Shown here piece after piece: positions 30,201-41,629 of a stretch of 64,000 bases of DNA. The stretch lies in contig OZ024754.1 in the NCBI GenBank assembly GCA_964016885.1, forward strand, positions 30,318,001-30,382,000, read 5' to 3'. The stretch's first letter is position 1. Every line of letters begins with the position of its first letter. Both the position numbers and the translations under genes were made by a program. A model generated the notes under the pieces. The model did not search any database. It saw only the letters and a list, made by a program, of their open reading frames with translations, and was not told the origin of the DNA. The stretch comes from Eledone cirrhosa. Taxonomy: Eukaryota.

Positions 30201-31030
30201 AAAGGGTTCTCTCTAAAAATGAAAGGCAGGCTGTATGATGCCTGCATACGAACAGCAATGTTACATGGCAGTGAGACCTGGGCATTGTGTGCAGAGGATA
30301 TACGCAGACTGGAGCGAAACGAAGCTTGCATGCTCCGCTGGATGTGTAATAGTAATATACGTGAACGGCAAAGCATAAACGAACTAAGGGAGAAATTAGG
30401 AATAAGAGGAATCAGATGTTGTTTACTCGAGAGAAGACTACGTTGGTACGGTCACGTGATGCGCATGAAAGACGACAGCTGTATAAAAAAGTGCAGGGCG
30501 ATAAAAATAGACGGTAGCCACGGAGTAGGCAGACCCAGAAAAACCTGGGACGACTTGATAAATTCCGACCTGACACACTTACACCTCTCCAAGACAATGT
30601 CACTGGACCGAGATCTTTGGTGCTACACAGTTATACAGAAGACCCGTCTTGCCTAAGTACAAAGCGAAACCTACAGTCAGTAGGCACCTCTAACAAAATA
30701 CACCCCGTCCCACTACCCCCACTCCATCCACACCACCCCTTTCAATGTAAAGTTATGTTGGTACCACAACATCCAGTCCGAAACAAATGAGGTCATGTAG
30801 GTGTCACGACAAAAAAACACACAGTCCACGCTGTAATGTGGCCGTGTAGGTAACACGGTAAAAACCTCCCAGTCCACACTGTAAATGTGGTTGGTGTTAG
30901 GAAGGGCATCCAACCGTAGAAAACCCGCCAGACAGTCCTGAGCAAGACAACCAATCTTGCCTAAAGTGGACAATTCCTGTCCAGACCCATGCTAGCATGG
31001 AAAATGGACGTTAGATGATGATGATAATGA
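27285..31030 (+). mobile_element. Near full-length RTE-clade LINE (subfamily 1)
   Basis: APE and RT coding region, 3' UTR and (GAT)n tail at ~31015. The 5' boundary is approximate. Confidence 0.93.
27379..30656 (+). pseudogene. RTE ORF (AP endonuclease, reverse transcriptase, PHD-like zinc finger), disrupted
   Basis: APE motifs (TMNV, CCIQETRW, SAYAPQ, GDLNGHVG, QVDYIL) and RT motifs (QFGF, FVDLEKAFD, GVHQGSVLSP). Frameshift near 28305; YADD reads YEDD. Confidence 0.92.
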
Positions 31031-31198
31031 TATATATATATATATATATGTATGTATATATATATATATATATATCGGTCACAACTCCAGGAGTTGCGAC
31101 CGAAAGATAGTATTAGCAATTTGAAAGACCAGTGGAAACATTGTTTCATCGGTCCGATTTGACGAAAGTCGATCGATCCTAAAATATATATATATATA

Positions 31199-31807
31199 TG
31201 GTGGCTGCCAACTCGTTTTCGAGTACGGCCACTACTTTATATCCATGTAGGAGAACCCCTACCGATGCACTGAACGAGTGTGACTTTTTAGTCCAGCCAG
31301 CGACTTGAAAACTCTGGTGCAAACACTACACTTGTGACAATTATTGACACATAGTGCTGGGCCCATGGTACCATGTGACGACAAATGCAGAGAGATCTCC
31401 AGATATAAAGCAATGCCTGTGCCATGAAGCTTTTATAGTGAGCAAAGGCACTGCACAAAGCCAGTCCCACTCTCTTAACCAAGACGATATTTACCAAAAA
31501 GAAGAACAAGTCAACATCATTGGATACCATCAGGGTTGCAGGTGTTATATCAGAGTTTTCCTTCTCCTAGAATTCTGCCTTGACAAAGGCTAAGGGGTCA
31601 TCTCTCCCTGTGATTTTGGATGGCCATTGACTCTTAAGAGCTCCTTTGCCCTTTGACAGGTTTTGTTTTTAGTCCTGCAGGATGTTCAAAGTCACCCTCC
31701 TCACCAAGAAACCTTGGTGGGGTTGCCAGTTTAGTTGCCAACGACCCGACCATGAGACAGGTTGTACTGGGATACATGTTACCAGTAGCACCAACTGGTG
31801 ACCTGAC
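31199..31807 (-). mobile_element. ~610-bp non-coding interspersed element (probable non-autonomous retroposon)
   Basis: Close reverse-complement match to 60064-60673 and 59710-60047. Confidence 0.8.
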
Positions 31808-32561
31808 ATATATATATATATACATATATATACACACATATATATATTGAAGACTCCCTTCGGTCACAAATGACCATGTGATTTGCACCTAGAAAGTTTC
31901 CACTTGTGAGGCACAAGTCCGGGCAAGGTTGTTTGAGGAAGACCAGTAGTTGCCCATGCATACCAGCCTCCCCTCTCCACGCCAACATATATATGTATAT
32001 ATACATACATGTATATATACACATATATAAATATATACATGCATATATACATATGCATACACACACACACGTACATACATAATCTAGTGTCACCAGTTGT
32101 ATGTATTTACAGCTAGCTTGGTATTTTACAACTCAAGAAATGTTAAGAGGTGGTGTACTGAGTGACATCTGCAAAAAGTGTTAATTAAATTGAATTTTCC
32201 TCTTAGTTGGAGAGAGAAAACAAAAGTTAGTAGAAATTGTTAGCAACTCCCAAGGAGATGACGAGATAATTTCAGTAAGAATTTATTCCAAAAAATTAAT
32301 TTATATTCTTTGGAGGTAAATCTGAACTTGCCTTTTTTATTCTTTCTTTGTTTTTTTACTGTTTAGTTGGGGAGGAGTGTGCAGTGCCCAAAACTCTTTT
32401 TGGGCCAACTGAGAATGGTGCGAGGGAGCGAAGAAGATATCCTCAAACCTGAAAACCTGGAGTAAATATTTGCAAAGGAATGGACTCCATTAAATGTAGC
32501 CAACAGCAAGGTGTTGGTGTTAAACCAGGCCATGGATTAAGTTCTATGTAAGCACGGAAAG

Positions 32562-32604
32562 AATTAGTGACATGTTTCAGTATTGTTGGATTTCATCAGC
32601 AAAG
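32562..32604 (-). ncRNA. Degenerate hammerhead relic
   Basis: Minus strand CTGATGA-aatccaacaatact-GAAA-CATG-TC. Core and palindromic stem III are intact; stems I and II are eroded. Confidence 0.45.
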
Positions 32605-32620
32605 TTATAGTCTACTGTAC

Positions 32621-32790
32621 TACAAAGGTAGGCTGAAAAGTTCATAAGTTGATTATGAAGGAATGATGCTAGAGCTGTGAAATCTTGCATGCATTAATTT
32701 CAACTCTTCTTATTAATAACTGCATTGCTTCTTTCCAGGGACTATGTTGAAAAATAAACCTCATTTGATAATTCCATGAGAATAGTTTGT
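32621..32790 (+). mobile_element. Mariner-derived MITE fragment
   Basis: TIR-like TACAAAGGTAGGCTGAAAAGTTC and the mariner C-terminal remnant GGGACTATGTTGAAAAATAA (DYVEK-stop). Confidence 0.55.
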
Positions 32791-32969
32791 ACCGTTGTGA
32801 GAGTGTGTGCCTGTGTGTGTGCCTGTGTGTGTGCATGTGTGTACCACAGTGTGCACCTCTGTGTGTGTATGTGTGTGAGTACCTTTGTGTGTGTGTGTGT
32901 TAAATCAATGATATTATTATAAGTGTGTAGATCTTAAATATAGCAAAAGCTCACAGATGTTAATCCTCT

Positions 32970-33550
32970 CACCACCACCACTACTACCACCACCACCACC
33001 ACCATCACCACTATCACCACCACCACAACCACTACTACTAACACCACCACCACCACCACTACCACCACCACCACCACCACCATAACCACCACCACTACAG
33101 CCACCACTACTACTAACACCACCACCACCACTACTACCACCACCAACACCACCATAACCACCACCACTACTACTAACACCACCATCACCATCACCACCAC
33201 TACTACTACCACCACCAACACTACCACTACTACCATCACCACCACTAGCACCACCTCTACCATCACCATCACCACCACCACTACCATCACCACTACTACT
33301 AACACCACTGCCATCACTACCATCACCACCACCACTACCATCACCACCACCACTACCACCACCACCACTACAACTAACACCACTACCACCACTACAACTA
33401 ACACCACTACCACCACTACCATCACCACCACCACCACCACAACCACCCCACCACCACCACCACCACCACCACCACCACCACCACCACCACCACTACTACC
33501 ACCACCACCACTACCACTACCACCAACACTACTACCACCACTACCACCAG
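32970..33550. repeat. (ACC)n degenerate repeat
   Basis: Read directly. Confidence 0.95.
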
Positions 33551-33624
33551 GCATGGTCCTGTAACCCCCGAGGGATTTGTAGGGGCACCATAACGACATA
33601 CAGCATTTCTAGGGCATGTTTTTT

Positions 33625-34428
33625 TAAACCCTTTAGCATTTACATTACTCTGTATATACTATGGTATTTTCGTGGTAAAGGCTTTATATTATACTAGCAG
33701 TGGTACCTGGCGTTGTACAGTATAAGGTATTTTGGAACGTCGGGCCACCAACAGACCTAATCGTGGAAAAACTGCATGCCTGGACAATATGTAAAGAAAA
33801 TAAACCGAATACTCTGATGGCTGGATAATCTTTAAGATTTTCCTCGATGAAGCAGGAAAAATGCAGGTTTTCACCTAATGCGGGCCCTAGGGGATCAAGA
33901 AAATGAATTTTTTTTATGTGCATAATATGCCTTGAAATTTCGGGAAAATCGGCTAGACATAACGCCTCAAAAGAGCCCTAAAAAGCTGAAAAAAAAGGAA
34001 ATCGGTCAATCAGTTTTTCACCTAATGCAGGCCCTAGGGGATCAAAAAGTTGAATTTTTTTATGTGCATTACACCCCCTGAAACATAAGTAATACATATG
34101 TAAAGTTTGAAAAAATCGGTTGGGTACTTCTCGAGTTTTAGGGATTCAAACTCACAGACACACACACACACACACACACAGACATCCTCAGTTTTATATA
34201 TCGAGATAATTATCTCACATAATATCAAATCTACGAGATTTTGATGTTATTTATTTGGAGAACAATACCTTAATGGGAGTATGAGCAGCCAGTTACGGCC
34301 AGTTATGGCTGGTTTGAACAGAAAGAGATGAGAGAATTCTGGCCGGATCAGCCAGTTACGGCCAGTTTGAACAGAAAGAGGTGAGATAATTCTGGCCAGA
34401 TCAGCCGGTTTAAATGCTAAAGGGTTAA
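33625..34428. mobile_element. piggyBac-like MITE interrupted by a Helentron-like element (33690-34208)
   Basis: Ends read AACCCTTTAGCATTTA ... TAAATGCTAAAGGG-TTAA. The insert runs ATACTAG...(CA)n...TTTTATATATCGAGAT; its flanks rejoin to match the 13029 copy. Confidence 0.6.
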
Positions 34429-34699
34429 TCTGGCAGAGCCCATCTTCCAGAGAAGATTAGAAAGTGACAGATCAGAAGTGAGAAAGAGATATAGAAGAAG
34501 AATCGACCCAGTATTTGACTGGTACCTTTTTATTGACCAAGAATGGATAAAAAACAAAGTTGACCTCGAACTGAAGTAGACAATATCAATGAAACTTCAT
34601 GTCACTTTTCAATAACTTAGATACTAATTATCAACATCACACTTCCAGATCAATACCCTCCCCATCTCTGCTCCCTTTCTTTATTTTCCTCCCCAACAC

Positions 34700-34962
34700 C
34701 TAACTATGGGCATGTGGTTAGAATGTCTTAGGAAAGAATCACTGGACAGATTTTACGGGTAAAACCAACTGGCAAGAGACCCAGGGGTAGACCCCGAGCA
34801 AGATGGTTGGATAACATCTACGAGCTTGGCTGGTCTCGCTTGGGGATCCAGCTGGATCAGTTAGAGAGAACTCTCTCTAACTGACAGGACCTGCTGGAGG
34901 GAGTGTTTGAGGACTCTGCCTGCACGACCTCAGGAATAAATGAGTGAAGAAGAAGAAGAAGA
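34700..34962 (+). mobile_element. RTE LINE 3' fragment (third family) with (GAA)n tail
   Basis: Translates as YGHVVRM...KPTGKRPRGRPRARWLDNI. Homologous to 56320-56800. Confidence 0.8.
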
Positions 34963-35594
34963 CCTAATACCTATTACCTATCTAAGAAACTATATATATG
35001 ATGTTATATTTGGGTATGGTCATGTCGCCAGTATTGCCAATAAAAAGAAACACACGCACCATATGATTTTTACTTTATCCTAATCTCTATTGCTTATTAG
35101 TCATTTGTGTGTATATATAATAAACTAGTATACATTCTATAAATTGTTTGGCTATGTTCTATTGGGTAGTTTTCTCAAATTAAATGATGTCACGTTATAT
35201 GTATTTAGTTCAAAGTTTATTGTATCGCCAATCTTGTTTTATTAGTTTATATTATATTTTCGGTGAATAATCTCTTGCTTGTGGGTATTTTATGATTTAC
35301 TAGGACTCACAAAGACAATAACAGTGAGTTGGCAGTTAGGATTGATTGATGAATTAAAAGTACATTGTAAGAACTAATTTCATTCCTCTGTTCTGATTTC
35401 AAGTTCAAACAGGGGCAACGTTTCTTTTTCTCCCTCATGTAGATGAAATGAGACCAGATATAGTTAAATCAAACATTTATTTACTCCTCTTCAGTAAAAT
35501 GTTTTCATATACACTACAAATGTAAAAGAATTATTTTATACTTATTATATCATATCAAACCTCTCTCATTTATAGAAATTGTATTATATATATA

Positions 35595-35810
35595 TCAGGT
35601 CAGACTTCTGCCTGATACTGGTACCATGTAATCCAGTACAACAAAGTTTAGCTGCTGACCACTCAACCATGAAGCAGGTTGTACTGGGTTACATGGTACC
35701 AGTAGCAGACAGAAGTCTGACCTGACCAGACCAGGGTCTTGTGAAGGAGCTAGTTTAGCTTCCGACCACTCAATATGAAGTGGGTTGTACTGGGTTACAT
35801 GATTCCAGTA
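35595..35810. repeat. Foldback (35595-35725) plus partial tandem copy, related to one end of the 610-bp family
   Basis: TCAGGTCAGACTTCTG...CAGAAGTCTGACCTGA. Shares GTTGTACTGGG.TACATG.TACCAGTAGCA with 31760-31790. Confidence 0.75.
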
Positions 35811-36699
35811 TGACCTCTTCAGCCATCACTCATAGATATCATCCAAGTAGGCCACATTGAAATTTGAAATGACAATACAAAACCTGGAACAAATGCTATA
35901 AGGCATCTCATCCAATACCTTAACAATTTGGTTTGAAATGTGTTACCACTTTAAAGACAAGAAAAGAAAATAGAAACAAGATGATACGGTCATGGGACAA
36001 GATGGTGGATTGAACAAGACGATCCTCCATGGAACAGTTTAGGGAGAATGAAGGCAAGGACTTTATAAGGAAAGATGAGTGTCAAACATCATAGAATTGA
36101 CCAGTAAAGACTTCACAACAACCCAAGTCCTAGCTCAGGGCAGAGATAGATGGTGATACATTGCTCCAAACTGCAGTGACCTCTAATAATCCTGGAGGAT
36201 CAAGGGAAAAGTGAAATTAAGTGAAGTGAAGCCTTGTGCCTGTCTATTCTGTCCACCAGAGCTATGTGGTGGCCAGCACATGGGACCCCATTTGTTCATA
36301 ATAGTGAGAGATGGGGAAGGCGAGTGAGACGGAGGTGATGACCATGGGAGTTCGGCTCCTCTTCGTTTGGACCTGGTGTACATGTGTGTGTATTTTTACA
36401 CTATCGACCCTTCCATCTTGTTAAATGTTTGTACATAATTGATAATACTGTTATGATCTCTATTCAGTGTAATTAGAAAAAAAATCTCTGCTTAGTTTCA
36501 ATATTATGAACATGCTTTCATGAGCAAAAAACAAACAAAAAACAAAAAAAAGTTAAACAAATGTATCTGTTAGACACGCAGTGACTAACAACAGAATGTT
36601 TTAAGTCTGCGTGTCTGACATATATGCGTAGCTTGTGAATAAAAAATTCAAGGGGTGTCGCTGGCCATGGTGATCGCCAAACATGTTTTGTAATGTATC

Positions 36700-36868
36700 G
36701 TCTTATTGGCTAATTTCATCGTCTTATTGGCTAATCAACCAACGAGAGTAATTGTTGCACAAAAGCATCCGCCATTTTGTTTGCACGTTTATTTATCGTT
36801 TCGCTTTTGAATCTTCCTCCTGTATTTCATCGTTTATCTTCAAAAAAATGTTCTCGTTTTGGTAAGTT
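36700..36868 (+). promoter_or_regulatory. Promoter-like motif cluster
   Basis: Two ATTGGCTAA (reverse CCAAT) in a short duplication, YY1-like CCGCCATTTT at ~36769, and a G|GTAAGT donor at ~36862. Confidence 0.35.
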
Positions 36869-37310
36869 ATTGTTAATTTATATATGATTTTTTAAATTTA
36901 TGTTAACTATTTTTTTTCACTTCGTTATAACATGCTTATAATATTGGTTGTATCATATTTACTTGTATATTTGTCCATATTATTGTTCGTTTTATGTTAG
37001 ATTATTTTATTATTATTATGTTAGATTATTTTTTTTATTATTATGTTAGACTATTTGTATGTAATATTTAATTTTTATTAATTCAACTATAACAATTATT
37101 ATGTAAAATATATTTATTTAATATTGATTGTTTTTTGTAGTTGGTTATATTAAAAACCTGAAAATATTTTTATACATCTTACAATAATATTTATAAGATC
37201 ATTTATAAAATAACAATTATATAATCTAATTACATTACAGCGATAATTTATTATTAATATATATCATGTTTAACTAGAGTTATTACAAACGTTACCTTAA
37301 AAAATATTAA

Positions 37311-37586
37311 ACTAGACCTGAAAAATGCGCAAGCTCAAAAGAGCCACAGAATGTTATAATAAACCTTCAAAAGTGGAGAACTAGAGTTGTTGCTCAAAAA
37401 TATTGTAATCATTATCTATCGTACATTCTGTGGCATCCTTTATAAAAATATCACAATAAATACATCTAGAGTGTACGATAGATAATGATTACAATATTTT
37501 TGAGCAACAACTCTAGTCCCACACTTTTGAAGGTTTATTATAACATTCTGTGGCTCTTTTGAGCTTGCGCATTTTTCAGGTCTAGT
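37311..37586. repeat. Inverted repeat with ~115-bp arms (MITE-like)
   Basis: ACTAGACCTGAAAAATGCGCAAGCTC ... GAGCTTGCGCATTTTTCAGGTCTAGT. Confidence 0.9.
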
Positions 37587-37994
37587 AAATAAATGTAACT
37601 ATTTTTCATAGCATATTTCATTTTCTTTTTTTTTTCACAACAATACTTAAAAATTCTCTCCCTTCAAAGTTTCCGTTTAACAAAACAAAAAATGTTAAAG
37701 TTGTATCAAAATTCCAACCCTTTGTTGATTTAAGAGTTGAAATAAATATCTATAGTTAAAAAAAATCTATATAAACTTCAACTAGACTGAAAGACCTTAC
37801 GCCCTCCATAACAACAAAACAAAACCAAAATGGAGTAGGTGTGTCTCACATAGTTTTTAGGTATTACTATAGTAAATTTGTATGATGATATAACTGGTAA
37901 AGGAAATTCTTTGTACACATATGCACAAGTGCATGCTTAATAGTGTATACAAAACATACAAACTTACAAACTTACGCACATATATATATGTATG

Positions 37995-38032
<38 letters not shown>

Positions 38033-38039
38033 TAAATAT

Positions 38040-38900
38040 ATATAAGTATGTATACGTACATACATATATGTATACAGACGTACAGTAGTATGCATATATA
38101 TATATACTATATACATACATGCACATATATATATGTACGTATGGATTCACCGAACATTTATTATAATGCTCGGTGTGTTTGTAAACAAACATCCCGAATT
38201 AAGCCGTACAGTGTCTAGCAACCATCGTTGCTCATTTGTTCAACACTGACAAAGGAAAGCTGTACTAGTTTCAAGCTTATTAGCTATCGTCATAGCATAC
38301 GTACACATATATATGTGTGCATGTATGTATATATGTATATATATATATATATATGCATACTACTGTACGTCTGTATACATATATGTATGTATGTATACAT
38401 ACTTATATTTAAGTAACAGCCGTACTAAGAGTGAGAAATGAAATTTCGTTTCATTTTTTCCGTTTATCGTTTTCGGTACCCCGGTCGATTAACTCACTCG
38501 ATATGCAAATTAGGCTGCTCAGCCGTTAATATGCATAAGGAAAGTATATACTTTCAGACGTTCAACCATCTGGCAGGAAGGTATACGTTGCTGACGATAG
38601 CTAATAAGCTTGAAACTAGTACAGCGTTCCTTTGTCAGTGTTGAACAAATGAGCAACGATGGTTGCTAGACACTGTACGGGTTAATCCGGGATGTTTGTT
38701 TACAAACACACCGAGCATTATAAATGTTCGGTGAATCCATACGTACATATTTATATGTGTGCATGTATGTATATATGTATATATATATATGCATACTACT
38801 GTACGTCTGTATACATATATGTATGTACGTATACATGCTTATATTTAAGTAACAGCCGTACTAAGAGTGAGAAATGAAATTTTGTTTCATTTTTTATGTT
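38040..38900 (+). mobile_element. ~440-bp HHR-bearing retrozyme-like element: inverted truncated copy plus ~1.4 tandem units
   Basis: 38040-38292 is the reverse complement of 38592-38845. 38296-38466 repeats directly at 38738-38900. TA-rich tracts lie on both sides. Confidence 0.85.
38585..38627 (+). ncRNA. Minimal type I hammerhead ribozyme
   Basis: ACGTTG-CTGACGA-tAGCT aata AGCTt-GAAA-CTAG-TA-CAGCGT. Confidence 0.85.
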
Positions 38901-38933
<33 letters not shown>

Positions 38934-38935
<2 letters not shown>

Positions 38936-40745
38936 CATCATCATCATCATCATCATCATTTTACGTCCACTTTTCTCTGCTTGCAAGGGTGGGACGGGTC
39001 TTATTCAGCACAGCATCTCTCCACTCGTCACCTTCCCTCGTCATCTCCACCGTCAGCTTTAATGATCTGAGGCCTGTTCTCACCACCTCCGCCCATGTTT
39101 TTCGTGGTCTACCTCTACCACGTCTTCCTTCAACTGGCATTTCCTGGCACTTCTTCACACATCGGTTATCCTCCATGCGCATCACATGTCCATACCATCT
39201 CAGTCTCCTCTCTCGTACACTACATTCTATCCCTCTCAGACACAGTTTCTCTCTCAACACATTTATGCTGGGTCGTTCACGCACATTTACATTGCACATC
39301 CAACGGAGCATGCTTGCCTCATTTCTCTCCAGCCGTCACATATCCTCTGCAGTTGCTGCCCATGTCTCACTACCATGCAGCATCGCGCTCCTCACACAGG
39401 CATCATACAACCGCCCTTTCATACGCAGGGAGAAACCCTTCTTCGTCAACAGAGGAAGCAGCTCCCCAAACTTCTTCCAACCCGTCCTTATTATAGATAC
39501 TATGGCCTCGGAACACCCTCCTCCTATGCTAATCTGATCTCCTAGGTACTGGAAGCTATCCACCACTTCTATAGCGCCCTCCTGCATTTGAAAAATGTGT
39601 CTATCAATGCGACTTCTACTGTCTAATTTCCCTGTACATCTACTGCATACATATTTCTCCCTACCTGTTAGTTTGCCTGCTATCCCGCTACATCTCTTGT
39701 GTACCCAGGATCTGCATTGTGTGCATTTTATAGAATTTATGCCAGTTCCTTTTCTGCATATCGAACATGGCCATTTCCCTGACGGAATCAGGGTTTTGTC
39801 CTCTTTTCTACTCATCAACACTTTTGTCTTAGCTAGATTCACTCTCAGTCCTCTTGCTTCCAACTGCTGTTTCCATAGCCAGAATTTATTCTCTAGCTCC
39901 TCTACTGATTCTGCTATAAGAACCAGATCGTGAGCATAGAGAAGTTCCCATAGACAGCCAGTCTTAAACTCCTCTGTTATGGCTTGGAGGACTAGAATGA
40001 ACAAGAGCGGGCTGACGACCGAACCCTGATGTACTCCTACTTGTATCTGGAATTCCTCACTAAACTCCATTCCTACCCTGACTTTACTGAGAGTACCTCT
40101 GTACAAAGTTTGCACTGTCCTCACAAGCCATTCCTCAACACCTAGCTTCCTTAGGGACCACCAGATGACAGATCGGGGTACCCTATCAAAGGCCTTCTCT
40201 AGGTCAACAAAGGTTAAGTATAGTGGCTTATTCTTCTCTAAGAACCTCTCTTGCAATTGTCTCACCAAGAAGAAGGCATCTGTTGTACTCTTCCCAGGCA
40301 CAAAACCAAACTGCATCTCATCTAGTTTGACCCTTTCTCTAATTAGTTGTGCTAAAATCCTTTCTGCCACTTTCATAACCTGATCTATCAGTTTTATACC
40401 CCTATAATTGCTCCTCTCCAAAGCAAGCATCCCCTTTACCTTTGTAACAATTTATGAGAATACTGCTGCACCAGTCTTTGAGTATGACACCACCATATAT
40501 AGCGTGATTGATGATGCGTGCAACCAGTTTAGTGCCTACGTCCCCTGATGCCTTCAGCATCTCAGCAACTATTCCCAATGGTCCAGCAGCCTTACCATTT
40601 TTCATTTCCTTAATCGCCTCTTGGACCCTATATTGGTCTATCTCAATAGCTGGTCCCTCTGTCGGATCTACCAAGGGTAATTTATCTCTCTCCCATTCGT
40701 TTTCCACATTCATCAGTCTCTCATAATGACATTTCCAGGCCTCCG
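38934..40745 (-). mobile_element. 5'-truncated, frameshifted RTE LINE (subfamily 2)
   Basis: ORF pieces 40402-40812, 39336-40430 and 38961-39311 are homologous to the RT at 28359-30656. YADD reads YAHD; (GAT)n tail. Confidence 0.93.
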
Positions 40746-41117
40746 TTTTCAACTGTGAAAATTGCAAAGTTGATTGTCTGAAGATTGCGAAAGCATGAAA
40801 GTACTTGTTCAATTAACACTTAGAATTTAATATTCTATCATACTATTTCATTATAATACCATTATAAATTTTAAAGGATTGTAAATAAAACGAGTAAATC
40901 AGACAAAGTTGGAATTCCTCTTATTAATATAATCTTCTATACACAATCATACACACCCATGTATATTTATCTATCTATATATATATATACATATATATAT
41001 ACATATATAAATACATATATATACATATATATACATACATATATATACATATCTGTATATGCATACATACACACAAACACTCTCATACGCACACACACCT
41101 ATATGTGTGTGTGTCTG

Positions 41118-41163
<46 letters not shown>

Positions 41164-41248
41164 TATATACATACATATATGTATATGCATACATACACAC
41201 AAACACTCTCATACACAAGCAGACACACACACATATATGTGTGTGTGC

Positions 41249-41297
<49 letters not shown>

Positions 41298-41584
41298 CAA
41301 ATAACGAAACGAAATTAAATTTCGTTTCGTTTGTAACTCACTTTTGTATGACTGACGCTTAAACAATTAAGTTAAAAATGTACATCCACATATGTATACT
41401 GAAATACTAGTATGCATATGAATACACACACGTGTACATATGTAGATGTACCGAGTTTTCACTGGTCACTTTACTGTGAGTGTCCAGCTATTCCGTATGT
41501 AGACACACAGACAAACCGGTTCTTAGAGTCATACTGGTTTTTGAGGAAACACCTTTCCTCTATTCTCCAGAAAGCCAGACAAGG

Positions 41585-41629
41585 AATATTGGACTAGTTT
41601 CGATGTTGTTACATCTCATCAGCAATATT
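41585..41629 (-). ncRNA. Type I hammerhead ribozyme; same motif starts at 42050, 42515, 42980, 43445, 43910
   Basis: Reverse complement of AATATTG-CTGATGA-GATGT aaca ACATC-GAAA-CTAG-TC-CAATATT. Confidence 0.93.

Noticed and set aside
31075-31185. Hairpin followed by GAAAGATAGTA between TA tracts
   Set aside because: Possibly a truncated HHR half, but it lacks CUGANGA and stem III does not pair.
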